Source of the DNA: Ignavibacteriota bacterium
Lineage (GTDB): Bacteria; Bacteroidota; Ignavibacteria; UBA10030
Assembly (NCBI GenBank): GCA_963727825.1
Contig: CAVSHO010000009.1
Location: 256,001 to 320,000, forward strand
Direction of reading: 5' to 3'
Length of the DNA: 64,000 nt
Shown: in pieces, positions 21,652-33,774 of the stretch
Layout: each line of letters starts with the position of its first letter
Numbering within the stretch: position 1 is the stretch's first letter
Position numbers and translations under genes: made by a program
The notes under the pieces: model-generated
What the model saw: only the letters and a program-made list of their open reading frames with translations
Databases searched by the model: none
Told to the model about the DNA's origin: nothing

Positions 21652-23499
21652 ACAAAGTGAAAGATATTCTAATTCTCTTGACATATATCTTATCCGAACG
21701 TGAAAGATTGAAAGAAGTTGATTCACGAATAGAGCTGAGTTCTTTCGGTAGTTTATCCTGAAGACTAACAAATAGTTTTTCATGAAGCTGAACTTCTTTC
21801 TTCCATAACTCCATATCTATATTCGTTGCATTTTCAAATTGTTTTCTCGAAAATTCCAATCCGCTCCAATCCATATCTTCATACTGCGGCATACAGCCAA
21901 GCGGACTTTGAACTACCTTGTGCTTTGCCGTTCACTCGCTCAACGATCCATTTCAGCGCGCGCATATTATCGCCGAAACCAGGCCATAAGAAATTTCCAT
22001 CGACATCCACTCTGAACCAATTGACTCCAAAAATTTTCGGCGGATATGCAACTTTTTTCCCTATCTCAAGCCAATGCTTAAAATAATCGGCCATGTGATA
22101 ACCACAAAACGGCAGCATCGCAAACGGATCGCGGCGCACCTGCCCTACTTTTCCTGCTGCGGCGGCTGTTGTCTCTGAACCGAGCGTAGCAGCAAGATAC
22201 ACTCCGTTCGCCCAATCGATAGATTGACAGACAAGCGGCGTTGTATTACTGCGCCGTCCACCAAAGATAAATGCCGCAATCGGCACGCCATCTGGATTTT
22301 CCCATTCTGGATCAATGCAAGGACATTGTTTTGCCGGAGTAGTGAAACGCGCATTCGGATGCGCCGCCTTACGCCCGCAGTCCGGCGTCCAAGGCTGTCC
22401 AGTCCAATCGGTTAGTTGAGGCGGAGGTGTTTTGCTCATTCCCTCCCACCAAACATCGCCATCCGGTGTGAGTGCAACGTTAGTAAAAATAGAATTCTTA
22501 CTCGCAGTTGCCATTGCATTCGGATTTGTTTTTTCGGAAGTGCCAGGAGCAACACCGAAGTATCCGTATTCAGGATTGATCGCATACAGACGACCGTCTT
22601 TACCCGGTTTGATCCACGCAATATCATCGCCTACAGTTGTAACCTTCCACCCCTGCAAAGCAGGAGGCGGAATAAGCATGGCAAGGTTTGTCTTACCGCA
22701 TGCGCTCGGGAACGCACCCGCGATATATGTTTTCTCACCTTGTGGAGATTCGAGTCCCATAATGAGCATATGCTCAGCCATCCATCCTTGTTCGCGAGCC
22801 ATAGTGGAAGCAATGCGAAGTGCAAAACATTTTTTCCCCGAGCAGACGCATTTCCGCCATACCCGCTGCCAAAAGACCAGATTGCATGTTCTTCCGGATA
22901 ATGGACAATATATTTTTCTTTGTTGCATGGCCATGGCACATCTTTTTGTCCTGATGTCTAATGGTGCACCAACCGAGTGGACACATGGAACAAACTCACC
23001 ATCAATGCCAAGCACATCCCACACAGCTTTCCCCATCCGTGTCATAATGCGCATATTGACAACGACATACAGCGAATCTGTTAACTCAATACCGATATGT
23101 GCAATGTGCGAACCAAGAGGCCCCATGCTGAATGGAATAACATATAATGTCCGCCCACTCATGCAGCCGTCAAATAGTCTTTTCAGTGTCGCTTTCATTT
23201 CCACAGGATCGGTCCAATTATTTGTTGGGCCAGCATCGCTTTTATTTACACTGCAAATAAATGTACGATCTTCCACACGCGCAACATCACTGGGATCTGA
23301 TCGGACAAAGGAAACTGTTGGGCCGTTTTTCTTCATTCAATCTTATAAACGATCCGGATCTTTATAAGTTGCTGACACAGAGTATCATTTTCATTTGAGA
23401 ACCGTCGCACCAGTATACATTGTCTGGCTTCGTTAATTCAGCAATTTCTTTTATCCAAGCAATTGCTTTTTCATTTTTGACATATGCAGGCACATTCAT
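21650..23499 (-). CDS. pckG: GTP-dependent phosphoenolpyruvate carboxykinase (several frameshifts)
   Basis: Start MNVPAYVKN...YWCDGS at 23499; [62 protein letters not shown]; pieces in 3 frames. Confidence 0.92.
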
Positions 23500-23559
23500 A
23501 ATTCACCCATGTATTAGTTCTTGTTATTAATAAAACAAAGATTCTTCGGTAAAGGTTTC

Positions 23560-24775
23560 TTACCAATCGCGTACAACTTTGCGAGTTCCGATTTGAATTT
23601 CGCGCGGCGAATTCGGATCCAATGCCCATTTGATTCGAGCTATTCCGTCTGCAACCTCGCTGGCTGCTCCGGCATAACTAAGCCGCAGGTGGCATTCCAT
23701 ACCGAAGTCTTTACCGGGAACGGTAACAACAAGTGCTTTCTTCAATAAAAATTCTGCCAATGCCATAGAATCTTTATTTAATGCACTAAAATTCGGAAAA
23801 CAATAGAATGCGCCTTCCGGTTTTTCGACTTTCACTCCAGGAATGGATCGCAATTCTTGGATTACTGTATCGCGGTTTTTTTGTATTGTCGCAACAAGCT
23901 CATCAACACAATTCTGATCTCCTGTCAGTGCTGCTTCTGCAGCCACTTGACAGATGGGCGAATTACATGTCGTTGTTTGACTCTGAATATTTGTTATTGT
24001 TTTAACAAGCTTGCGATTAGCAACAACCCAGCCGATTCTAAACCCCGTCATTCCATATGTTTTGGAAACACCGTTGATAACAACGATATTGGTAGATTCA
24101 ATATCTTTATTTGTGAAGTTGTAAACGGGCGCAAATCTTCTTGCCGTCGAATACAAGTTTGTGGTAAATATCATCCGACAGCAGATAAATATTCTTCTTT
24201 TCACACAGATCAACAATCTGATTGATTAACTCATCTGGAAAAATTGCTCCAGATGGATTGTTCGGACTGTTCACAATAATTACCCGAGTTGATGGCGTTA
24301 TTACTTTTTCAATCTCCGAAAGTTTCGGATAAAAACCACCGTCTGCCGGTGTGACAATTACCGGAACCCCGTTGACCATTTTTACCATTTCCGGATAGCT
24401 AACCCAATACGGAGCCAAAATAATAACTTGATCTCCCGGATTAATGAGAGCATAGAGCAGATTAGATAAGGAGTGTTTGGCACCGTCTGAAACAACCACA
24501 TTTGCGGTATCTATCGTTTTTCCATAATTTCTTTCAGTGTATTGAACAATGGCTTTTTTCAAAGAAGGAATACCATCAGAAGGAGCATACTTAATTTCAC
24601 CTGAATTTAATTTTTCGACGGCACTCGCTATCACGTTCTGAGGGGTTTTATTCTTTGGTTCACCAATTCCTAAGTGAACAATCGCCTCTCCTTGTGCACG
24701 TAATCTTGTAGCTTCTGCATTAAGTTTCACAGTCGGTGACTCAGCAATTGATGCTGCCAGCTTGCTGATATCCAT
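23560..24775 (-). CDS. Class I/II PLP aminotransferase, aspartate aminotransferase-like (frameshift near 24130)
   Basis: GIGEP, PYWVSY, NSPNNPSG, SDDIY, NGVSKTYGMTGFRIGW, KPEGAFY across ORFs 24107-24814 and 23560-24216. Confidence 0.88.
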
Positions 24776-24937
24776 AAAAGTTGCTCCTGATAACAAAATT
24801 ACTAAGGAATGCAATCACTATTGACGATTAACTTAAATTCCTAAAACCATACGAACATAATTTATTAATAAGTTACATTTTTTTTTGAAATATCCAATAG
24901 ATGGTGAGTGCGGCAGATTCCATGTCAAGAAAAATGC

Positions 24938-25071
24938 GTAGTGTCTCAATTTAATATTACTGGCGAGTGATGTCAGGAGTTTCCTCCTGACATCCAACAG
25001 GATCGGTCAGGACGTCCGCCCAATAAGACGGCGGACAAGTAACTCCTGACCGCACGAAACTGAGACACTAC
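24938..25071. mobile_element. 134-bp MITE/REP-like element
   Basis: Terminal IRs GTAGTGTCTCAATTT / AAACTGAGACACTAC (14/15); internal hairpins gatgtcaggag-tttc-ctcctgacatc and cggtcagga...tcctgaccg. Confidence 0.7.
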
Positions 25072-25161
25072 CAAAAAATGATTGAAAAATGATTGAGTTT
25101 GTTTGTAAGGGAATTCTTCTGTATTTTTATATAAGTGAATTTATTAAACCGAAATTAAATT

Positions 25162-26136
25162 ATGAGAGCTATCATCCCAGTTGCAGGTATTGGCAGCCGA
25201 CTTCGTCCGCACACTTACTCCGTACCTAAAGTGCTGCTTAATGTCGCCGGGAAACCAATAATTGGGCACATTCTAGATAAAATTATTAAAGCTGGTTTTG
25301 ATGAAGCCACTATCGTTGTCGGATATCTTGGCGAGATGATCAAAGAATATGCTCTGAATAATTATAAAATTAAATTTGATTTTGTAGAACAAGAGGAACG
25401 CCTCGGCTTAGGACATGCTATCTATCTTTCACGGCACACGTTTTCGAGCAAGCCAATTCTGATTATCCTTGGCGATACGATTTTCGATGTCGATCTTAAA
25501 TCGATGATCGCGAACCAACAAACACAAATCGGTGTTAAATATGTTGATGATCCGAGAAGGTTTGGAGTAGCGGAAACGACAAATGGGCACATTGCACGTT
25601 TGGTAGAAAAACCAGAGAAACCAAAAAGCAATCTTGCCATCGTTGGTCTTTATTATATTATACAACCGCAACTCTTAGTAAAATGTTTAGAAGAGATGAT
25701 TAATAGTAATAAGCGCACAAAGGACGAGTTTCAATTAACTGATGCACTTCAGATGATGATAGACCGCGGCGAACAGATGAAAACCTTTCCAGTGGAAGGA
25801 TGGTTTGATTGCGGTAAACCGGAGACTCTGCTTTCTACTAATCAGCATCTTCTCGGATTTCAGCCGGTGCCTGCGCCTATAAAAGGTGTTGTGATTCAAC
25901 CGCCCGTATTTATTTCAAAGAAAGCAAAAGTTAGCAACGCAATTATTGGGCCAAATGCAACGATCGCCGATAATGCGGTCATAGAAAATTCCATCATCCG
26001 CAATTCAATAATCGGTGAAGGAGCAACAGTTGTGAATGCTCTTATTGAAGAATCTTTAATCGGCATCAATGCTGTTGTGCGCGGTAATTACAAACGAATT
26101 AACATCGGCGATTCATCTGAGTTAGAGTTTTATTGA
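25162..26136 (+). CDS. Sugar-phosphate nucleotidyltransferase (long-form glucose-1-phosphate thymidylyltransferase-like)
   Basis: IIPVAGIGSRLRPHT, PKVLL, LVEKP, WFDCGK, C-terminal beta-helix. Confidence 0.88.
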   Translation: MRAIIPVAGIGSRLRPHTYSVPKVLLNVAGKPIIGHILDKIIKAGFDEATIVVGYLGEMIKEYALNNYKIKFDFVEQEERLGLGHAIYLSRHTFSSKPILIILGDTIFDVDLKSMIANQQTQIGVKYVDDPRRFGVAETTNGHIARLVEKPEKPKSNLAIVGLYYIIQPQLLVKCLEEMINSNKRTKDEFQLTDALQMMIDRGEQMKTFPVEGWFDCGKPETLLSTNQHLLGFQPVPAPIKGVVIQPPVFISKKAKVSNAIIGPNATIADNAVIENSIIRNSIIGEGATVVNALIEESLIGINAVVRGNYKRINIGDSSELEFY

Positions 26137-26220
26137 TTACCCTGCTGTCCGCGGCAATCCTGAATTGACTCATCGATTCGTCTAAAAATTATTAAACAAT
26201 CAAATATGTACGGAGAAAAA

Positions 26221-27366
26221 ATGAGAAATTTATTTACATCCGAGTCTGTATCTGAAGGGCATCCTGATAAAGTTTGCGATCAGATTTCAGATGCAGTGCT
26301 CGATGCGTTGCTCGAACAAGACAAGGCATCGCGAGTCGCATGCGAGACATTTGTTACAACCGGCATGGTTCTCGTCGGCGGGGAAATTACCACAAAAGGT
26401 TATATTGAAATCCAAGAAATTGTACGCAACGTTATTCGTGACATTGGTTACACGAAAGCCGGTGTCGGATTCGATGCAGATTCGTGTTCAGTCCTTTCTG
26501 CCATTCATTCACAATCACCGGATATCGCACAAGGTGTTGATACCGGCGGAGCAGGCGATCAAGGAATGATGTTTGGATACGCCTCTTCGGAAACCCCAGA
26601 GTTAATGCCAGCACCGGTTATGTTTGCGCATAAACTAGTCCTTCGTTTAGCAAATGTTCGTAAGAAACAACCAACGCTAATGCCGTACCTTCGTCCTGAT
26701 GCAAAATCTCAAGTGACAGTTGAATATGACAATAACGGAAAACCTATTCGTGTAGATACTGTTGTCGTCTCTACGCAACATGACCCAGAAGTAACACAGA
26801 AAAAAATCAAAGAAGATGTTATTGAACTAATTGTGCGCGACGTTATTCCATCCGAAATGCTTGACAACGAGACACACTATTTCGTTAACCCGACCGGCAG
26901 GTTTGAAATCGGCGGACCGCACGGTGACAGCGGTTTAACCGGACGTAAAATTATAGTTGATACTTATGGTGGACGCGCACCACATGGCGGCGGCGCATTC
27001 TCGGGTAAAGATCCGACAAAAGTTGACCGCAGTGCTGCATATGCAGCACGGCATATTGCAAAAAATATTGTCGCGGCAAAACTTGCTACGGAATGTCAAA
27101 TCCAGGTTGCCTATGCTATCGGAGTCTCTGAACCGATATCTATCCAGATCAAGACCTTCGGTACCGGTGTCATTCCTGATGCGCAACTTTCAGATTTAGT
27201 GATGAAGGAAGTCGATCTGACACCTCGCGGTATCATCAAACGCCTCAATCTGTGCCGACCGATTTATCGCAAAACGGCTTCATACGGGCATTTCGGCCGT
27301 AACGAAAAAGAGTTTACTTGGGAAAAATTGGATTTAGTGAAAACCTTACAGAAAGCAATAAGGTAA
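26221..27366 (+). CDS. metK: S-adenosylmethionine synthetase
   Basis: [41 protein letters not shown]. Confidence 0.98.
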   Translation: MRNLFTSESVSEGHPDKVCDQISDAVLDALLEQDKASRVACETFVTTGMVLVGGEITTKGYIEIQEIVRNVIRDIGYTKAGVGFDADSCSVLSAIHSQSPDIAQGVDTGGAGDQGMMFGYASSETPELMPAPVMFAHKLVLRLANVRKKQPTLMPYLRPDAKSQVTVEYDNNGKPIRVDTVVVSTQHDPEVTQKKIKEDVIELIVRDVIPSEMLDNETHYFVNPTGRFEIGGPHGDSGLTGRKIIVDTYGGRAPHGGGAFSGKDPTKVDRSAAYAARHIAKNIVAAKLATECQIQVAYAIGVSEPISIQIKTFGTGVIPDAQLSDLVMKEVDLTPRGIIKRLNLCRPIYRKTASYGHFGRNEKEFTWEKLDLVKTLQKAIR

Positions 27367-27433
27367 AATTTGTGCGCGATAATTAGCTGAACAATTGATT
27401 ATTTAACGATTTAACAACTTAACTTCAAAAAAA

Positions 27434-28711
27434 ATGAACGAGAAAAAAAATAAGTTTAAAGTAAAAGATCTTTCATTGGCGAAAGCAGGTAAACTCCGCA
27501 TCGAGTGGGCGGAATCCCGTATGCCAGTTCTGATGGCATTAATGAAAAAATACAGCAGAACGAAACCATTCAAAGGCTATAAAATTGCCGGGTGCCTGCA
27601 CGTTACAAAAGAAACAGCTGTGCTTGTGAAAACATTTGCCGCAGCTGGTGCGCAAGTCAGTTGGAGCGGATGCAATCCACTTTCCACACAGGATGATGTA
27701 GCCGCAGCACTTGCCGCCGAAGGCATCAGTATTTTTGCCTGGCACGGAATGAACGTTAAAGAATTTTACTGGTGTATTGAAGAGACATTGAAGTTTAAAC
27801 CGCAACTCACTCTTGACGACGGTGCAGATCTTATTTTCACTGTACACAATAAACACAAAGAATTAATCCCGACTATCATCGGTGGAACAGAAGAAACAAC
27901 CACAGGCGTACATCGTCTCCGTGCAATGGCAAATGATGGCGCACTTCAATATCCAGTTATCGCTGTGAACGACGCCGAGACAAAATGGGACTTCGACAAT
28001 GTATACGGCACAGGCCAATCAACGCTCGATGGCATTATCCGTGCAACCAGTGTATTGCTGGCGGGAAAAAACTTCGTTGTCGCTGGTTTCGGTCACTGCG
28101 GCAAAGGTGTCGCAATGCGCGCTAAGGGACTCGGAGCAAATGTTATTGTTACAGAAGTGAAACCAACCGCCGCCTTAAAAGCAACTTTGGAAGGTTTTCG
28201 CGTGATGAAGATGGATGATGCAGCAAAAGTTGGCGATATATTTGTAACTGCCACAGGTGTGAAAGATATTATTATCGAGCGGCATTTCAAAACAATGAAG
28301 GATGGAGCGATCATTTGCAACACTGGTCACTATGATTGTGAAATTAACATTCCGGATCTCGAAAAAGTCTCTAAAAGCAAGCGTGAAGTCCGAAAGGACA
28401 ACGAAGAATACACATTGAAAAATGGCAAACGTATCTTCTTGCTTGCGAAAGGACGTCTTGTCAACCTTGCTGCCGCAGAGGGACATCCTTCTGAAGTAAT
28501 GGATATGTCATTCGCGAATCAGTTTATGTCACAGCTGAGACTTGTAGAAATCCATAAAAAGGGAAAGCGATTAGAAAACAAGGTATATGATATTCCATCA
28601 GCACAAGACCAGGAAATCGCTGGCGTGAAACTTGCAACAATGGGCTATAAAATTGATAAGCTTACAAAAGAACAGGTGAAATACAACGACGATTATTCAG
28701 CCGGAACGTAA
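27434..28711 (+). CDS. ahcY: Adenosylhomocysteinase
   Basis: GCLHVTKETA, CNPLSTQD, DDGAD, EETTTG, FDNVYGTGQS, GRLVNLAAAEGHP. Confidence 0.97.
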   Translation: MNEKKNKFKVKDLSLAKAGKLRIEWAESRMPVLMALMKKYSRTKPFKGYKIAGCLHVTKETAVLVKTFAAAGAQVSWSGCNPLSTQDDVAAALAAEGISIFAWHGMNVKEFYWCIEETLKFKPQLTLDDGADLIFTVHNKHKELIPTIIGGTEETTTGVHRLRAMANDGALQYPVIAVNDAETKWDFDNVYGTGQSTLDGIIRATSVLLAGKNFVVAGFGHCGKGVAMRAKGLGANVIVTEVKPTAALKATLEGFRVMKMDDAAKVGDIFVTATGVKDIIIERHFKTMKDGAIICNTGHYDCEINIPDLEKVSKSKREVRKDNEEYTLKNGKRIFLLAKGRLVNLAAAEGHPSEVMDMSFANQFMSQLRLVEIHKKGKRLENKVYDIPSAQDQEIAGVKLATMGYKIDKLTKEQVKYNDDYSAGT

Positions 28712-28870
28712 CTCTCTATATTAACCTTTCGAAAATATATTCAGCGTGGGCGCAAATGAACTTCGGAAGGTTTTTTATTTTGACTTCAAGAAAAAGATAG
28801 TTACGTTATTGAAAATATTTGCACAGAATCTGCACCGATAATAGACTTTGAACATTATAGGAGTTCAATT

Positions 28871-29086
28871 GTGGAAAAAAATTCCGCATCATATAAATTT
28901 GAGAAACGAAAGAAAGAAATCGCGCGCCAAAAGAAACAGGAAGAGAAACGGAAGCGTCAATTAGAAAAGAAACAAGGAAAACTGGAAGAGATGCCTTTGA
29001 TTTCTCCCGATGGAACACCAATTACTCCTTTAGAAGAAATTGACGCAGAAATACATTTAGATGACAGTATAGATCCAATTGAGTGA
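28871..29086 (+). CDS. Small hypothetical protein (basic N-half, acidic C-half)
   Basis: GTG start with AGGAG RBS; YKFEKRKKEIARQKKQEEKRKR. Confidence 0.65.
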   Translation: MEKNSASYKFEKRKKEIARQKKQEEKRKRQLEKKQGKLEEMPLISPDGTPITPLEEIDAEIHLDDSIDPIE

Positions 29087-29326
29087 ATAATCTCCATTTT
29101 CTGACCAGTAACTTTGTAAACTAATTTTGTCGAGCAACTTTTTAGATAATTTTATTTTGGATTATAGACAGCAGTAAATACAGCGATTCGACCAACAGAT
29201 ACGAATTTTCAATCCTTACATTCATCTCAATCTTTTTTTATTTTATTCATATTCTATAGAGTATAGAATCACAGGCACATTTTTTCTAACACGCGCTCAA
29301 TCAATAATTATTTAAGAAGTTAACTT

Positions 29327-29764
29327 ATGACCAAAGAAATCTTTCTCAAGCAACTCAAAGGGAACACATTTGCTGCAAAAGCCGGATCCAATCATTGGGT
29401 AATGATGGATGCGAAAAAAGATGTTGGCGGCAACGACGGAGCCTCAACTCCGAAAGAACTTGTACTGATGGCGCTTGCTGGATGTACTTCAATGGATGTC
29501 ATTCCCATACTCGAAAAGAAAAAGTCACCGGTGGTTGGTTACGAATGCATCGTAAAGGGAATTGAACGGGACGAGCATCCAAAAATATTTACAGAAATTC
29601 ATATTGAATACGTTTTCTACGGCGACGGCATCAAACCGGAGGACGTGGAACGTGCAATAGAACTCTCAGTATCAAAATACTGCTCGGTCTCGGCAATTCT
29701 TTCAGCAAGTGCAAAGCTGACACATTCGTACCGGATTGAATCGGCAATAAAACTTCTTAAATAG
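29327..29764 (+). CDS. OsmC/YhfA-family protein
   Basis: PKELVLMALAGCTSMDV...SVSKYCSVS. Confidence 0.9.
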   Translation: MTKEIFLKQLKGNTFAAKAGSNHWVMMDAKKDVGGNDGASTPKELVLMALAGCTSMDVIPILEKKKSPVVGYECIVKGIERDEHPKIFTEIHIEYVFYGDGIKPEDVERAIELSVSKYCSVSAILSASAKLTHSYRIESAIKLLK

Positions 29765-29795
29765 CTAAATATTATCAATAGAAGTGTTGGCAAAT

Positions 29796-29833
29796 AAATG
29801 AAAAGGCCCTGAATATTTCAGAGCCTTTCATTT
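29796..29833. terminator. Bidirectional terminator
   Basis: aaatgaaaaggccctgaa-tat-ttcagagcctttcattt between convergent genes. Confidence 0.65.
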
Positions 29834-29853
29834 TAATTTTATGTCGCTCATTA

Positions 29854-30213
29854 TTAGAGATTTTCGATAACCCTTAGCAATTCATCCTGAACTATCGGCT
29901 TCTGCATAAAGGCTTCGACATTTGCAGCAAGAATACTTTGCGGAGAAAAATTTGCTGCATGCGCAGTTACAATGATTACGGGAAAGTTTGGATTTATTTC
30001 CTTTACCCACTTTGTGAACTCCATTCCATCCATTACCGGCATTTCCAGATCAACAATTGCTAAATCCACTTTTGATGTCCGCATAATTTCTAATCCCGCA
30101 GAGCCGTTGGAGGCGTTTAATACCACATACCCTTTCTTTTCCAACACCCGTTTAAGAATTATGCAATTGAAATCTTCATCATCTATTACAAGTATTGTTG
30201 ATCCATTTTTCAT
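29854..30213 (-). CDS. Single-domain response regulator
   Basis: ILVIDDE, IVDLEMPVMDG, VTAH, FMQKP. Confidence 0.92.
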   Translation of the reverse strand: MKNGSTILVIDDEDFNCIILKRVLEKKGYVVLNASNGSAGLEIMRTSKVDLAIVDLEMPVMDGMEFTKWVKEINPNFPVIIVTAHAANFSPQSILAANVEAFMQKPIVQDELLRVIENL

Positions 30214-30362
30214 GTTATCAGTTGAATATTTATTATTGAAGATACATTTCCATCAATTCTTTTGCAAGTAAATAGCTCTTGGCTTTGAATTTCTGGAAAG
30301 CTTCATTATCTTATTATTACTTATTTAAATTCCATAAAAAGAAAACCCTTGGAGAAAATAAC

Positions 30363-32351
30363 ATGTCATCAACTTTAGACCAGCTCTGTATCAATACAAT
30401 TCGCACACTTGCAATGGATGGCGTTCAAAAGGCAAAATCCGGGCACCCCGGTATGCCGATGGGTATGGCGCCTGTGGCGTATGTACTTTGGACTAAACAC
30501 CTCAACTATAATCCAGCTAATATGCATTGGCAGAATCGTGACCGCTTCGTTCTTTCCGGCGGACATGGTTCAATGCTGCTGTATAGCCTTCTCTATCTTA
30601 CAGGATATAAAGTCTCTTTGGATGATTTGAAGAGCTTTCGTCAACTTGGAAGTCTGACCCCAGGTCACCCTGAATATGGCCATACTGATGGCGTGGAAGT
30701 CACCACTGGTCCGTTGGGACAAGGATTTACTAACGGTATTGGTATGGCAATTGCTCAGAAGTACCTCGCTGCCCGCTATAATAGACCTGGATTTAAGATT
30801 GTCGATTATAATATTTATGCAACACTTGGCGATGGCGATTTAATGGAGGGTATTACCTCTGAAGCAGCGTCACTTGCCGGGCATTTGCAGCTGGACAATC
30901 TTATTTATATTTACGATGACAATCATATCAGTATTGATGGGCCTACCGAAATAGCATTTACGGAAGACCGCGCGAAACGTTTTGAAGCTTACAACTGGCA
31001 CGTGCAAAAAGTTGATGATGGAAACGATATTGAGGCAATCGACAAGGCAATTCAACTTGCAAAGAAAGAAACTGGACGCCCTTCTATTATAATGGTACGG
31101 ACACACATTGGGTTTGGAAGTCCGAATAAGCAAGACACGGCCGAGGCACACGGAACAGCGCTTGGAGACGAGGAAATTAAATTAACTAAAAAGAACTATG
31201 GATGGGATCCGGAAAAACAGTTCTTTATTCCAGATGAAGCACTGGCACAGTTCCGCAAAGCTCTAGATGAAGGAAAAAAGAAAGAAGACGCTTGGCAAAA
31301 GCTATTTGCGGAATACAAGAAACAAAATCCTGAATTAGCAACAGAGATAGAGAATATCCGCAATGGTAATTTTGGCGAAGCATGGAAGAAAGCATTGCCG
31401 GCATTTACAGATGCGATGGCAACGCGCGAAGCATCAGGCAAGATACTGAATGCCATCGTCCCATTTCTTCCGTCAATAATCGGCGGCTCTGCTGATCTCG
31501 CGCCATCGAATAACACTTTCGTGAAAAGTATGGGTGAGTTTCAACCGGGCAATTACGGCGGACGTTATCTGCGGTACGGCGTACATGAACATGCGATGGG
31601 CGGCATCATGAATGGTATGGCTGTAACGGATGGCCTTATTCCTTACGGCGGAACATTTTTTGTTTTTTCGGATTATATGCGCGGATCAATACGGCTTGCT
31701 TGCATCATGGGCATTCGGCCGATTTATGTTTTCACGCATGATAGTATCGGTGTAGGCGAAGACGGGCCGACGCACGAACCGGTTGAACAGCTTGCAGCAT
31801 TGCGCTGTATTCCAAATATGATTTCTCTGCGTCCATCAGATGCAAACGAAACAGTTGCCGCATGGAAATTTGCAATTGAACATAAAACCGGACCAATCGC
31901 GTTACTGCTAACACGGCAGAAACTGCCGACCATTGATAGAACAAAATATCCTTCAGCGGATAATCTTACAAAGGGGGCATACATTCTCGTCGAGAATTCC
32001 TCCTCGCCGAATCTCATTCTCATTGGCACCGGTTCTGAGGTTCAACTCGCGCTTAGCGCATATGAGCAATTAGTGAAGGAAGGCGTTAAAGTCCGTGTGG
32101 TGAGTATGCCATCATGGGAATTGTTCGAGCAGCAAACAAAAGAGTATCGCGATTCCGTTCTTCCACCAAACGTTAAAAAACGCATCGCAATTGAAGCTCT
32201 TATTACAATGGGTTGGGAAAAATATGTCGGCGATAGTGGAAAAATTATAGGTATGAATTCATTCGGCACCTCTGCACCGGTGGATGTCATCTTCAAGCAT
32301 TTCGGATTTACCGTGGATAATGTAGTGAAAACGGCGAAGGAAATTTTGTAG
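30363..32351 (+). CDS. tkt: Transketolase
   Basis: [46 protein letters not shown]. Confidence 0.97.
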   Translation: MSSTLDQLCINTIRTLAMDGVQKAKSGHPGMPMGMAPVAYVLWTKHLNYNPANMHWQNRDRFVLSGGHGSMLLYSLLYLTGYKVSLDDLKSFRQLGSLTPGHPEYGHTDGVEVTTGPLGQGFTNGIGMAIAQKYLAARYNRPGFKIVDYNIYATLGDGDLMEGITSEAASLAGHLQLDNLIYIYDDNHISIDGPTEIAFTEDRAKRFEAYNWHVQKVDDGNDIEAIDKAIQLAKKETGRPSIIMVRTHIGFGSPNKQDTAEAHGTALGDEEIKLTKKNYGWDPEKQFFIPDEALAQFRKALDEGKKKEDAWQKLFAEYKKQNPELATEIENIRNGNFGEAWKKALPAFTDAMATREASGKILNAIVPFLPSIIGGSADLAPSNNTFVKSMGEFQPGNYGGRYLRYGVHEHAMGGIMNGMAVTDGLIPYGGTFFVFSDYMRGSIRLACIMGIRPIYVFTHDSIGVGEDGPTHEPVEQLAALRCIPNMISLRPSDANETVAAWKFAIEHKTGPIALLLTRQKLPTIDRTKYPSADNLTKGAYILVENSSSPNLILIGTGSEVQLALSAYEQLVKEGVKVRVVSMPSWELFEQQTKEYRDSVLPPNVKKRIAIEALITMGWEKYVGDSGKIIGMNSFGTSAPVDVIFKHFGFTVDNVVKTAKEIL

Positions 32352-32408
32352 TTTTATTTCAACAAACTATAAGTCCTCTTGCAAAAAATGGAGACAAAAG
32401 GACATGGT

Positions 32409-32781
32409 ATGACACGTGTCTTTAATAGAGTTTCTGAGACGCCGAAAAGAAAGTCTTTACGTCATTAGATGCCGGAAGCAGAAGTTATCCTATGGTCAAA
32501 ACTTCAAAGTCGCCAAGTGGATGGTCTGAAATTTCGACGACAGTATAGCGTAGGCAGGTTTGTTGTTGATTTCTATTGCTCTGAATTGAAATTGGCAATT
32601 GAAGTTGATGGTGACAGTCATTTCCAAGGTGGGCGCTGAACAGCGTGATGCAGAACGTGAGACTTTTATCAAACAATACGGCATCAAATTTCTTCGATTT
32701 ACTAACTCTGATGTGAGAGAAAATCTTTACGGTGTATTATCACAGATTTGGGATGCAGTCAATTTGATGAAACCAAAGTGA
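32409..32781 (+). pseudogene. DUF559/Vsr-like endonuclease, disrupted
   Basis: MTRVFN...RKSLRH*MPEAEVILWSKL...FRRQYSVGRFVVDFYC...LAIEVDGDSHF, then shift to DAERETFI...LRFTN; in-frame TAG 32466-32468 and frameshift near 32630. Confidence 0.8.
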
Positions 32782-32787
32782 CACCTT

Positions 32788-32897
32788 TCCCATCCTTGCC
32801 AAGGAGGGGTGTCCCGATTGCATCGGAAAATGAAATCGGGACGGGGTGGTCGAAAAAAAATACGACCCCCTGTAAGTCCCCCTTGATAAAGGGGACA
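32788..32897. repeat. GC-rich palindrome cluster next to the DUF559 gene
   Basis: tccttgccaagga, gtcccgat...atcgggac, ggtcg...cgacc, gtcccccttgataaaggggac hairpins. Confidence 0.65.
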
Positions 32898-32938
32898 AAA
32901 TTAATGTTACATAAATTCGCAATCATTAAATAAAAACT

Positions 32939-33673
32939 ATGCATCGATTCCTTTTTTATTTGATTCTTATTATCATTTTCGGAATATCATATTCTCATGG
33001 AGGTGAACCGAAAGAGATATCATTTGATCAGACACCTGATAGTAAGATCAGTACACGCATCTATCAAGACCAATCGCAGACTGAACAAACCGAAAGCTCA
33101 AAGAGCAGCATATATTTTCAGTTTAGTACTAGTGGATTATATTCATTACTAACGGATTGGAAAAACCAAAACCTCCAGACTGATGGAACAACTCCTTCAA
33201 CCAAATCCTTTGTTTTCGGAGCCGAGTGCGGTTGTGTTATTAATAAGTATATTCAGGTTGGCTTCGGATATGAGTATTTCTTTACTACAAAAGTCTCAAC
33301 TCAGGAAGCCACTGGAGATCAAATCAATAGCACATTCTTCTATGGATCCATCAAAGCTGAGATGCCGCTTGAATCCGTCCCAGATCTATCTTTATTTATC
33401 GACCTTGATATTGGTTCGATTTCGGCGACAGAGGTCTTAGAAAACTATGGTGAAGAATTAGATTTTAATAGAACAGGATCAACTACAGGATATCGATTTA
33501 TGCTTGGCGCACAATATTTTATGACAGATAATTGGTCTATTATGGCCGGAGGAGGATATCTTTTTGGAAAAGTAAATAAGGTAACCGTGGGTGGACAAAC
33601 CTGGCCCAATTACTCACTGGACTTATCCGGTTTCACAATGAGATTTGCTGTTAATTATCATATTCCATTGTAA
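32939..33673 (+). CDS. Outer-membrane beta-barrel protein (8-stranded type)
   Basis: Signal peptide, alternating strands (LGAQYFMTDNWSI), C-terminal FAVNYHIPL. Confidence 0.7.
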   Translation: MHRFLFYLILIIIFGISYSHGGEPKEISFDQTPDSKISTRIYQDQSQTEQTESSKSSIYFQFSTSGLYSLLTDWKNQNLQTDGTTPSTKSFVFGAECGCVINKYIQVGFGYEYFFTTKVSTQEATGDQINSTFFYGSIKAEMPLESVPDLSLFIDLDIGSISATEVLENYGEELDFNRTGSTTGYRFMLGAQYFMTDNWSIMAGGGYLFGKVNKVTVGGQTWPNYSLDLSGFTMRFAVNYHIPL

Positions 33674-33774
33674 TTGCAACAGACGAAATTTAAATCGAAT
33701 ATTGATAAAATTAAATAATTTGTATTTTATCTTCAAACAGCAAATCTATAACGAATCTCTAATCTAATTATTCT

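Noticed and set aside
22432-23367. Long alternative ORFs (311 aa antisense here; also 44695-45378 antisense and 34578-35207 in another frame)
   Set aside because: Shadows of well-supported genes with no recognisable motifs
21650-24775. Programmed frameshifting or true pseudogenes in pckG and the aminotransferase
   Set aside because: Several unrelated breaks without a common slippery site or stimulator; same pattern as indels across the window
32466-32468. In-frame TAG as recoding (pyrrolysine or readthrough)
   Set aside because: TAG ends normal genes here (lat, lptB, tkt) and the same gene is also frameshifted
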